From NCBI GenBank assembly GCA_002633005.1, contig NMRA01000028.1:728260-792259 (forward strand): DNA of 64,000 bases. Reading direction: 5' to 3'. Position numbers and translations under genes: made by a program. The stretch is from Phoronis australis (lineage: Eukaryota; Animalia; Phoronida). Positions 26,701 to 36,997 of this stretch are shown one piece after another (the first letter of the stretch is position 1; each line of letters begins with the position of its first letter). The notes beneath the pieces were generated by a model. That model saw only the letters and a program-made list of their open reading frames with translations, did no database searches and was not told where the DNA came from.

Positions 26701-29700
26701 AATAGTAATAACAATATGTCTGGGACAGTGTGGGCGAATCTTCAGGGAGTTTGATTTTAATTTGAAATGGCCACTTATACCCTTCATTCTTCCCACAGCT
26801 GTTGGAGGCGTGCTCACTGTGTTATGAATGCCTGTGCAATGAAGAGTACGCCATCGCTGGCAAGTGTCAGGTGGCCCGCTCATCTCTTATTGATGGACTG
26901 AAGCAGAAATATGATCAATCATACACGGACTACTTTGAAGATGTGAGTACACTGTTGCTGTTTCTATGGTTGCTCTTACACTTCGCACTTGACATTTATA
27001 TGGATAGCTTGTTCAGTTATCAGCACCTAAAGCTCTGGAGAATCACCTCATTGGGTCTAAAATGCCAGTAGGTGCTTGTGTCATTTCACTGAAATTTATG
27101 TCACTTGCAATACAGTTTACTCAGTACTAGTGTACTAGTGTATATGCAGGGAAAATAGTCAGAGAGTAAACCATAAGACCAACGTGTAGGTGCTGCTTCT
27201 TTATTTGAAGTGAGGATTACCAATAGATTTACTCTAGAATATGCGTTTTTACATTTTGAGATAATTACACATTTGGTTGATAACTTCAGTTTTGTACATT
27301 TTGTGTAATTAAAATCATGTTTCACGGTAACTCTCTAAACTTCATGCAGTAACATTGAAAACTTCTCAACATTTCACAGCTGAACTATACTTTACAAAAG
27401 GCTATAGTCTTAATGTTTATGCTATACTAAAACAAAATGTTTATGCTGTACTGGAACAAATTGCTACCAAAACAAACTGTGATGGGGATAATGAAAAACC
27501 AATTTTTTGGCAAAATAGCTTATTCAGTGCTTACTATGCCTACCAATTATTAATAATGAACTCTGTTATCATTCATGTACTCCATTTTTCAAAACAATGA
27601 ATCTCATTTTCCTTGCTTTTAGACTCTGGATTTGATGATGAGAAAAACGTGATTTCTGTTGTTCAGTACTAGTTTCCATAATAAAATGAAGTGAAGTAAA
27701 CTTGCTTGATTTGTTTGTTGACAGGAGGAGGCTGATGAGGATGAGGCGTATGCTTTGTTGGCCAGTCTCAAGAGATTGTATGCGTTCTATGGGTAAGTTG
27801 GCCAGTCTCAAGAGATTGTATGCATTCTATGGGTAAGTTGGCCAGTCTCAAGAGATTGTTTACGTTCTATAGGTAAGTTGGCCAGTCTCAAGAGATTGAC
27901 ATGCATTCTATGGGTAAGTTGGCCAGTCTCAGGAGATTGTATGCGTTCTATGGGTAAGTTGGCCAGTCTCAAGAGATTGTATGCATTCTATGGGTAAGTT
28001 GGCCAGTCTCAAGAGATTGTTTACGTTCTATAGGTAAGTTGGCCAGTCTCAAGAGATTGACATGCATTCTATGGGTAAGTTGGCCAGTCTCAGGAGATTG
28101 TATGCGTTCTATGGGTAAGTTGGCCAGTCTCAAGAGATTGNNNNNNNNNNNNNNNNNNNNNNNNNNNNNNNNNNNNNNNNNNNNNNNNNNNNNNNNNNNN
28201 NNNNNNNNNNNNNNNNNNNNNNNNNNNNNNNNNNNNNNNNNNNNNNNNNNNNNNNNNNNNNNNNNNNNNNNNNNNNNNNNNNNNNNNNNNNNNNNNNNNN
28301 NNNNNNNNNNNNNNNNNNNNNNNNNNNNNNNNNNNNNNNNNNNNNNNNNNNNNNNNNNNNNNNNNNNNNNNNNNNNNNNNNNTTCAGGGAGTTTGATTTT
28401 AATTTGAAATGGCCACTTATACCCTTCATTCTTCCCACAGCTGTTGGAGGCGTGCTCACTGTGTTATGAATGCCTGTGCAATGAAGAGTACGCCATCGCT
28501 GGCAAGTGTCAGGTGGCCCGCTCATCTCTTATTGATGGACTGAAGCAGAAATATGATCAATCATATACGGACTACTTTGAAGATGTGAGTACACTGTTGC
28601 TGTTTCTATGGTCGCTCTTACACTTCGCACTCGACATTTATATGGATAGCTTGTTCAGTTATCAGCACCTGAAGCTCTGGAGAATCACCACATTGGGTCT
28701 AAAATGCCAGTAGGTGCTTGTGTCATTTCACTGAAATTTATGGCACTTACAATACAGTTTACTCAGTACTAGTGTACTAGTGTATATGCAGGGAAAATAG
28801 TCAGAGAGTAAACCATAAGACCAACGTGTACATGCTCCTTCTTTATTTGAAATGAGAATTAGCAATAAATTTACTCTGGAATATGCGTTTTTACGTTTCG
28901 AGATAATTACACATTTGGTTGATGACTTCAGTTTTGTACATTTTGTGTAATTAAAACCATGTTTCACGGTAACTCTCTAAACTTCATACAGTAACATTGA
29001 AAACTTCTCAACATTTCACAGCTGAATTATATTTTACAAGAGGCTATAGTCTTAATGTTTATGCTATACTAAAACAAAATTTTTATGCTATACTGGAACA
29101 AACTGTGATGGGGATAACGAAAAACCATTTTTTTTGGCAAAATAGCTTATTCAGTGCTTACTATGCCTACCAATTATTAGTAATGAACTCTACTGTTATC
29201 ATTCATGTACTCCATTTTTCAAAACAATGAATCTCATTTTCCTTGCTTTTAGACTGGATTTGATGATGAGAAAAACGTGATTTCTGTTGTTCAGTACTAG
29301 TTTCCATAATAAAGTGAAGTGTAGTAAACTTGCTTGATTTGTTTGTTTGTTGACAGGAGGAGGCTGATGAGGATGAGGCGTATGCTTTGTTGGCCAGTCT
29401 CAAGAGATTGTATGCATTCTATGGGTAAGTTGGCCAGTCTCAAGAGATTGTATGCATTCTATGGGTAAGTTGGCCAGTCTCAAGAGATTGTATGCGTTCT
29501 ATGGGTAAGTTGGCCAGTCTCAAGAGATTGCATGCGTTCTATGGGTAAGTTGGCCAGTCTCAAGAGACTGTATGCATTCTATGGGTAAGTTGGCCAGTCT
29601 CAAGAAGAGATTGTATGCATTCTATGGGTAAGTTGGCCAGTCTCAAGAAGAGATTGTATGCATTCTATGGGTAAGTTAGCCATTAATCCCAGCTTGAAAC

Positions 29701-32700
29701 ATATAGTTTTGGACACACTGTTAACATCGACAAGTTAGAATGTTGAATTAATGCCGTGTTGCCGCACGAGTAGTTCAGTATGAAGTCACCCTATGCTACA
29801 TGGCAAATGCACTGGTTGATGTCCACAGGTTGATGTCCACAGGTTGATGTCCACTGGTTGATGTCCACAGGTTGATGTCCACTGGTTGATGTCCACAGGT
29901 TGATGTTTATAGTTAAACTTCGACAGGTGGACGTCTACAGGTAGATGTCTTCATGTAGATCTTGTGCCAGAAGACAAAGCTAAACTAATAGTCGTAGCTG
30001 GGTTCGCTCGTTTCTTTGTTATCTGTCTAGCATCATTAAGATGAGCAACTAGGTCTGTAGCACTCCCACCCTATAATGAGTCGTCCCCCATTGTTACCCA
30101 CAGCTGCCATGACCTGTCTAGTTGGGACCTCTGGGACCATCTGTTCAGTATCCTGAAGATGGGTAACGAGAACTCCAGTATCCCCCACCAGATTGTGTGC
30201 CGCGCGCTCGGGTGCTGTGCACTGGCCATCATATGGTACTTGAAGCAGCAGGATGAACACAACCCTGATAAGGTGAACACAGTGCTTCTAGTAATCATTA
30301 GTTGAAGTACTGTTATTACTACTATAGTTAATTGTATTATGACTCAGCCTGCATTTAAAAGATCTCTAAGTAGTAGGTTAGAGAAACACAAATTGAAGTA
30401 AATGTGTGACATTGCGACAGCTGGAATGTACAGTAAGTTCACAAATTTTTAATTCAGCTTAATAGCAATTTTTCGTTGCTTCTGCAGTTAACTTTTGGTT
30501 GTTGTTGACAATGTTTCAGAATGAGATGAAGAAACTGAAGAAGAGGCAGACTGATCTGATGAAGATGTGTTATGACCTCATGTATCACCAACATGACAGG
30601 GTCAATGAGGAGGTAGGTAGTCACAGCATGTGTTATGACCTCATGTATCACCAACATGACAGGGTCAATGAGGAGGTAGGTAGTCACAGCATGTGTTATG
30701 ACCTCATGTATCACCAACATGACAGGGTCAATGAGGAGGTAGGTAGTCACAGCATGTGTTATGACCTCATGTATCACCAACATGACAGGGTCAATGAGGA
30801 GGTAGGTAGTCACAGCATGACAGGAGCCAAGGTTTGTGACGTGTGTTGTTAACATTGTTTATTGCCTATCCTTATACCTGTCTCTAAATTTCATCTCATG
30901 TTATACATCAACAGCCTGTAACTATTGTCAAATTCATGTGAGTGTACAATGAAATGATCAGTGTAATCACCTCACCTTATATACATCAACAGCCTGTAAC
31001 TAACGTAACATTCATGTGAATGTACAATGAAATGATCAGAGCCGTTATGTTGTTCCAGGCATTCATCACAATATGTGACTTGTTAATTGTGTTCAGCAAG
31101 CAGCTTGGTGAAACTAACGCTGTACTGAAGCCTCTGGTGTATGAGCCAGATAAGGCAGTGCAGAATCAACTTGGTACCTTCCTTAATGAGAAGGTGTTTG
31201 TTGAAGACGATGATGGTAAGTAGACAGTTATCTTGTGCTTGTATGTTCTCTATAGTGGGAGACTTTTGGTAAGTGAGTGGTCACATGAGATGGCTGACCT
31301 CTACTGCAATTCATCAACAAATGTTAGTACTAATATGTCACAATGAGTGGCACAGAGATATTTTGCTTTCCATAAATATATGTTGTTTTTTTTGATAAAT
31401 TGAGCCATTTCCAGACATTTTGCTTAAAAGGAAGTTATATGTCGGCGTTGGGACAGTTAAGAGTCATCCGACATTGCGTCCTCAGTTAGTGGTCAGTTGA
31501 CTTACGAAGCCATTCCCTCTTCAGATAGGAAGCTCTTAGATACAGTCCGTGTTATTTTCAAACACTTTTCAGAGGGGAATGTGCCTCGGTATTTGGCCCC
31601 AAAATCGAGGGCTCTGCGCTGCCATTTGTTTAACAAATTCTGCATACTGGAGGGGCTTCTGCCAAACTACTTACAATTTATGGCTGCAGTGTTTGTTTAC
31701 AACTACACCCACAACAGTGACCCCTATTGTGATTAGTTGATGTTGATGTTGTTTTTATTCAGATGAAGTGGACGAAAATGTGAAGATCGAAGAGCTCCAC
31801 AATCGTCGTAACTTCCTGGCGTCATTTTCCAAGTTAATCGTCTACAACATAATCCCTATACGCAATGCAGCGGACATGTTCAAACACTATATGAAGGTGA
31901 TCTGTCCGTCTATTTTGAATTACATACATGATGTGAAAAACAAATAACATTCAATAATTAATGGTAACGTGTCTTGTCACAGTGAACTGTGGAATCGAAA
32001 TACCAAAGTTTTGTGATGCAGATCACATTTATTGTCTCACCTGTATTCCACACAATGTGTAAGAGCACCTTTCCTTTTCATTAAATCAAGTTTGCACCTG
32101 ATGTTTGTACAAAACATTTTGTCTTGATGTGTTGTGTTGCATTTTGTATTTAAGCTCTACCCTTCTGAAACAACACAGCACACCCTAGTGGGCGTATATT
32201 TAGGACTCTAGGAAGACCAACAACATATCATTTTCTGAATATACATCTTAGCGCTTACTTTCAGAGTATCATATAATGTGTTTACAGTTGGTTTCAGAAA
32301 TTAGGAATTTCAAAAAAACAGCAAAATCTTAATTGGTCACGGAGGGGTGAAATTGAATAGACTTTTAGTTCACTTGTGTCCATCACTAAGTGTAATCCTT
32401 TATTACTGTCTTCATTTTTGTTTTCAGTTCTACAATGACTATGGTGACATTATCAAAAACACCTTGAGCAAGTCGCGTGAGATTAGTAAAGTTTGTACGT
32501 CCAAGACTCTGGCTACTAGTCTGACACAGGTGGGTGGAACAGGGGTTGTATTTTAGTCTTAGAAAATTTTCGCAGATACCAGTAAATATGGAACAAGACT
32601 GTATTCATAAAAAGATAAAATTATTTTAAGGGATTTATAAGGTTGATGATAATAATAATACAATTTCTGCAAATAGCATCCTATGCTTCTAGATCTCCTG

Positions 32701-35569
32701 GAATGTGTGTCGACATTTTGCTTTTGACACCAAAACATCAATTTGGTTGAAGTACATGTATTTGTGAATCGTCTTGACATCATCACAGGCAGATTGAATA
32801 TTTCCAGTTTAAAGGAACCATATCCAGGTTCCCCTAATTTGCAACAATTCCTAGAAACGCTGTACAAGTAATTTCATTCATCAGCCATTCAACAAACCTA
32901 CGCCCACGTTTACTGACAATTTTATGATTGTAAACAACCTCTTTCGGTCGTTACAAAAATTCCGGTGCAGAAAACTTCTCATCATTTTGTGTAACCGACG
33001 AATTCGTGGTTTTAAGCCATGAGCTTTTTAGCATTTTGATAGACTGCTCATTGATGCTTTTGAGGAAAGTATTTAGTTTTATTGTTAATATATTTTCTGG
33101 ACTGAAAACCTGCACACTGTAGGTACGTTTGCGCGTATGTGTTACACCTGTTCACTTGCCTTACAGTTGTTCCAAGAGCTTCCTAAGGCTCACGCTGGCA
33201 CAGTGGACAGGAGTACAGAATCTTTCCAAGCCATCAAGGAACTGGCCAGAAGATTCGCGTTGTCATTTGGTTTGGATCAGATTAAGAATAGGGAGGCAGT
33301 TGCTGCTATGCACAAGTTAGTGTCCTTGTTCATTGTCTTAAAGGCACACTGTTGGATTCACGGCCTAAACGCATTTTTGGGATTATTGTATAGACTCCTT
33401 CAGGTTATTAGCTTTGACTAGAGCTATGAAACAACAAAATCTGCTGACTGTAAATTTGTGATTTTATTATTTTATATTGTATTGGTTTTTCTAAAATATG
33501 TCAGTGATTTAGATTAAGGTAAAAGTGTTTCATTAGGAGAATCGTGATACTCAAGCTTATTATAATTAAAATTCTCAGTTTGAATAAGTCATTCATGACA
33601 GATGCAAGGTAATGTTCTTAAAAGTTCACAAAATGCATCATTGCATTGTTGTCTATGCTCTTTTTGTGGAGTGCACCTCTCACAATTTCTCATCTTTAGA
33701 GAGGGCATTCAGTTCAGCTTGACCCCAATGGAGAACCCTGATGACCCGACTGGAGCGCCACCTAACTTGGCCTTCCTGGAGATTTTGTGTGAATTCACCA
33801 ACAAACTTATGAAACAAGATAAAAAGACAGTGTGAGTGTTTATGCAGTTTCCTAGTCTTTCATCAGCATGAATGAAATTCTTATGGAAAATGCATTTTTC
33901 AAAGTCACATTAGCGTTATTTAGACCGTAATATGTTTACACTTAGTGTATCTGACGCAATCAAGACTTCAGTTGATCCATGGCATTTACTCTCGGAAAAA
34001 GCTTATAATGCATTCCAGACTAAAAGAAATGTCATTGAACGTGGCTATAATTACAAAATATTTCTGGCCTTCTATACACTATTGGCGATAAACATTTTTT
34101 AAATGTCGTTTCCATCTTTAGGAAGGTAATTTAATTTGTTGCAGTGATTTTAATTTTTTCTCCCGAAAGAATTAGCATGCAACATTTCCAATGGTTATGT
34201 TTTTGTGCATTACAGTGTGAACTATCTGGACAAACTTTTGTCTGCTGGCATGCCACCAGGGCGCTCTGACGACTGGACGCCTCTCTTGACATACAGGAAC
34301 AGTCTTGTAGCTGGAGAAGAAACCGAGCGTTCTGTGGTCTCCGTTAATCCACCTGGTCGTCCACGCGGGGGCCGGCGCCCCAAGAGACGATTTGAGGGTG
34401 AGGAGGACAGTCTTTCCAAGCAGCCTCGCACCCCTGGTACGCGCCCTCCACCAATGATGGCTTCTACAGCATTAAGAGGTCACGGGGGTCGGGAGTTAGA
34501 AGATGATGAACATTCCGTACAGTCGTCGCTGGCCCAGGAGTCAGAGCATGGATCTGAAAGGGACTTTGAGGACCAGTGAGTAGGCGCACTATCATGATGT
34601 GGAGTTGGGCGACCTCTGATATAGAGGCTGGCAACATAATGAATTCTCTTATAATACACATAATCATCTTGGTTGTGTTACCAGTGAAACCAAATTTGTT
34701 GATTGTGTATACCAGTGCAAGGTGTATACCTGTGCATGTGTATACCTGTGCAAGGTGTACAATCTGTATGTGTTGAGAGCAAACAATGCGCAACATATTC
34801 ACTACATTAGTGTGAGTGTATCCAATGAATGAATGATATTATGCTGTGGGATGCACTGGGATGAATTGTCATTTGATAATTATGCCTGTGTTGCATATAG
34901 TTATAAGTGTACATCAGAATTGACGTGAAAAGAATAAGCGTTTCCAGTCTTTGTTTGAAAGCATAATTTGTGTACTACTGTGTAATCCTTGACTAATAGT
35001 CTCATTTTTATATTCTACATCAGTTTTATACACAATTCAGTGTCTTAGTACTTTGATATTCACGGCCTGTTTCTTTGGGAGCCACCACATTTGCATGTAA
35101 AGAAGTTTTTAAATACTACAGTCATTAATTAATAAGGCAGTGACTACAGTGGTCAGGTTTTTATACCTGTAGATCTATGATGTCGTCAGTGGGTGGAGTG
35201 AGCCAGGCGTCGTGGTTGAACAGTCAAAAGAGGGCACGAGATCTCCAGCGACAACAGGAAATGAGTTACACGCGCTCCATGAGGACACCTAATAGGTAAT
35301 CTCCTTTCAAAATGTGTTATTTGAAACATTGTTGATTGGTAATACATTTAGTTTACGTCACATTGTGGTATTTGATGAAGTAGTCTATGTGAAGTTTGCC
35401 ATGTGTTTGGTTCAACTGAGATGAACTAGTTATAGTTGCCACATAATTTGCATCTCTGATTTCATTTTGTTTTGCCTTATCTGAATGATTTATTATTGTT
35501 TCCAGGCCAGCAATGGGAGAACACCATGAGGACAGCTTGTCAGAGTTTGAGTCACCCCAGCCTTATTAG
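14784..35569 (+). CDS. STAG1: Cohesin subunit SA / stromalin (STAG1/2-like); some exons hidden in assembly gap
   Basis: Exons: 14784-14899, 15389-15479, 16696-16824 ([14 protein letters not shown]), 18113-18286, 18619-18823 ([14 protein letters not shown]), 19650-19801, 20528-20725 ([26 protein letters not shown]), [gap], 24004-24118 ([13 protein letters not shown]), 24626-24729, 25038-25127, 25824-25913, 26222-26281, 26799-26942, 27725-27792, 30104-30272, 30520-30612, 31059-31215, 31763-31896 ([13 protein letters not shown]), 32428-32529 ([10 protein letters not shown]), 33167-33315, 33700-33831, 34216-34575, 35173-35295, 35506-35569 (TAG). Phases are consistent. The N- and C-terminal low-complexity exons are less certain. 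Probably co-orthologous to vertebrate STAG1/STAG2, so the symbol is approximate. Confidence 0.95.
16968..17500 (-). mobile_element. DNA-transposon remnant with decayed HIRAN-like ORF
   Basis: TA-CCGTATTTGCCCGAATAAGCACCC end with internal TAAGCACCC repeats. ORF 17099-17494 has NPVDKYA..V....TVERVPRKI...FL.HGGSL.C.VT, resembling transposon-borne HIRAN proteins (from recall). Confidence 0.5.
17525..17612 (+). mobile_element. tRNA-derived SINE head or tRNA pseudogene
   Basis: A box TAGCTCAGTGG, B box GGTTCGATTCC, stem CTAGAT/ATCTAG and a T-run; imperfect acceptor stem and irregular anticodon loop. Confidence 0.65.
17885..18112. repeat. 63-bp intronic tandem repeat ending in a STAG acceptor
   Basis: GATAATATAATTTAT recurs at 17944, 18007 and 18070; the last copy runs into CCACAG|ACT at 18112. 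Confidence 0.85.
22096..22756 (+). repeat. 63-bp minisatellite of STAG 3' splice site plus exon start (10 or more copies)
   Basis: Unit = pyrimidine tract ..CTTCCCATTCAG | TGTGGTGATGTGCGTCTACAGTATGTTAAAG ([10 protein letters not shown], cf. STAG QGEVRLKCLK). AGs end at 22134, 22197 ... 22701. The array runs into the gap. Confidence 0.92.
22757..23074. other. Assembly gap (318 N) hiding STAG exons
   Basis: N run. About 130 aa of conserved STAG sequence between ..MYDK and LHEH.. is missing. Confidence 0.9.
23075..23466 (+). repeat. 60-bp minisatellite of STAG exon end plus 5' splice site (6 copies plus 1 diverged)
   Basis: Unit [17 protein letters not shown]|GTATGTAGT (cf. SA consensus NTPLIRDLVQFFIESE preceding LHEH). 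Donor GT at 23102, 23162 ... 23402. Confidence 0.92.
25300..25780. repeat. Degenerate ~50-bp intronic minisatellite
   Basis: About 9 copies of GTGTTGTCAATACCACAATATAA(C/T)GTTATCAGTATC upstream of the acceptor at 25823. Confidence 0.85.
27758..28140 (+). repeat. 40-bp minisatellite of STAG exon end plus donor (copy 1; 9 or more units, 161-bp higher-order repeat)
   Basis: TTGGCCAGTCTCAAGAGATTGTATGCGTTCTATGG|GTAAG repeated; the variant pattern of units 2-5 recurs in units 6-9. Confidence 0.93.
29390..29680 (+). repeat. 40-bp minisatellite of STAG exon end plus donor (copy 2; 7 units)
   Basis: Same unit with different variants; the last two units carry a 3-bp insertion. Confidence 0.93.
29810..29950. 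repeat. 14-bp tandem repeat
   Basis: GGTTGATGTCCAC(A/T) about 7 times, plus degenerate copies. Confidence 0.9.
30565..30819 (+). repeat. 63-bp perfect minisatellite of STAG exon end plus donor (4 copies)
   Basis: [16 protein letters not shown]|GTAGGTAGTCACAGC x4; donor GT at 30613, 30676, 30739 and 30802. Confidence 0.95.
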
Positions 35570-35791
35570 TTCCTATCACCCCCAACAGGTGGTCTGTTGA
35601 TCTTAGTGACAGCTGGGTATTTGTTATAAGAGGAAATGAAAAGGTCTAACAATCGTTATCATAGTTTTAACTTCAAAAGCTATGATGTCTGCAGATTTGA
35701 ATGATGTATGGAAAATAGATTTTCATCCAATAAAAAGTTGAGCCTAAATTATTCCCTGTTTGGAATCTGTGTTGCTTTTAGTAAGGTTTTA

Positions 35792-36581
35792 TGTTTTGTA
35801 ATGTTGTCTTTTTATAAATGTTTTTAGATTGATCAGTGTATTTACCTTCAGTACCATAAAATAAATGTTTACCAACTGATTCTGGTTTTATAAAGTGTAT
35901 TAAGAACTTACTACAGATGCCCTTAATTGTCTTACTTGGGGCTGTTCCAGCAAAATCTGTGTGGGAGGGGGGGAGGCAACTGAAATAAAAATTTATGGGT
36001 GGTTGCGTTTGATTTAAATTCAAAATGGTTGGTGGTCGTACTTCAAAAAAATAAAAATTTACAGGTCGTTGTTGTTTCATTTGGCCATAAATGTTTGATG
36101 GTGGGTAATTTTAGTAAATTTTATAAACAATCCGCACAGAATCAAAAACTGAAACAAAAATGCAACTTGCAAAAAGCTCCGACTTTTTCACTCCCTCCGA
36201 TCTCCTCATTGGCATGCCCATAACACCGTTTAACCACAGGTGCTCGAATTTCTCGATGGCTAATCACCATATACAAGAAACATATGTTTTCTTAGTTATG
36301 AATGACGTTAGTGGTGATGGAGGAACAGATAAACTCAAGTGCCTGTGCAGTCAACCACAAGAACAAAAAAAAAATTACGGGTGGTTGCATTTCAAACTTA
36401 TAAAAAATTACGGGTGGTAGGCTGAAGAAATANTGTTTTGTAATGTTGTCTTTTTATAAATGTTTTTAGATTGATCAGTGTATGTACCTTCAGTACCATA
36501 AAATAAATGTTTACCAACTGATTCTGGTTTTATAACGTGTATTAAGAACTTACTACAGATGCCCTTAATTGTCTTACTTGG
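35792..36581. repeat. 148-bp duplication across single N (36433); copy 1 followed by a copy-specific TE-like insertion (35940-36432)
   Basis: 35792-35939 matches 36434-36581. The insert begins GGGCTGTTCC and has internal AAAAATT(T)A(C/T)GGGTGGT repeats. Confidence 0.75.
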
Positions 36582-36589
36582 TCAAAACC

Positions 36590-36997
36590 TGAGCCTGGTC
36601 TCTAATCTTTGTACGCGAAACGAACTCTAAACTATTTTTGGAAATTTCTCTGCTCCTTTTGTGCGAACTTAAGATAATTGGTTATCAGACGGGGCTCGAA
36701 TACATTATAGTTTATGCATAGGAGTTTCGAGTTCAAGTTTGCCCTTGAAGACCCTTGTATTCGTGCTACAAATTCGAGTAAAAACTCGAAATTTCGAGTT
36801 CAAACTCGAACTTATTGCTTTAATATTGGGTTTACAAACTGTGAACTAAGGGCAATAAATTATCTACGTACTAAGTTATTGTGTACTCGAGCATAGAATA
36901 ATAGACACTTATCTTGAGTTCGCCTAAAAGTAGAGTATAAAGTGCCAAACCTAATTTCGAGTTCCATTTCGAGTAAAAAGATTGGAGACTGGGCCCT
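36590..36997. mobile_element. MITE with imperfect ~40-bp TIRs (Harbinger-like)
   Basis: Left CCTGGTCTCTAATCTTTGTACGCGAAACGAACTC vs right reverse complement CCCAGTCTCCAATCTTTTTACTCGAAATGGAACTC; internal TTCGAGT repeats. Confidence 0.65.

Larger units (their letters stand above)
26741..29680. repeat. Duplication of two STAG exons across gap 28141-28382; likely uncollapsed haplotypes
   Basis: 26741-~27800 matches 28383-~29430. Exon copies 28441-28584 and 29357-29424 encode the same peptides as 26799-26942 and 27725-27792. Confidence 0.88.

Noticed and set aside
22096-30819. Regular arrays as CRISPR-like loci
   Set aside because: No unique spacers, no cas genes and a eukaryotic context; the units are head-to-tail copies of host exon junctions.
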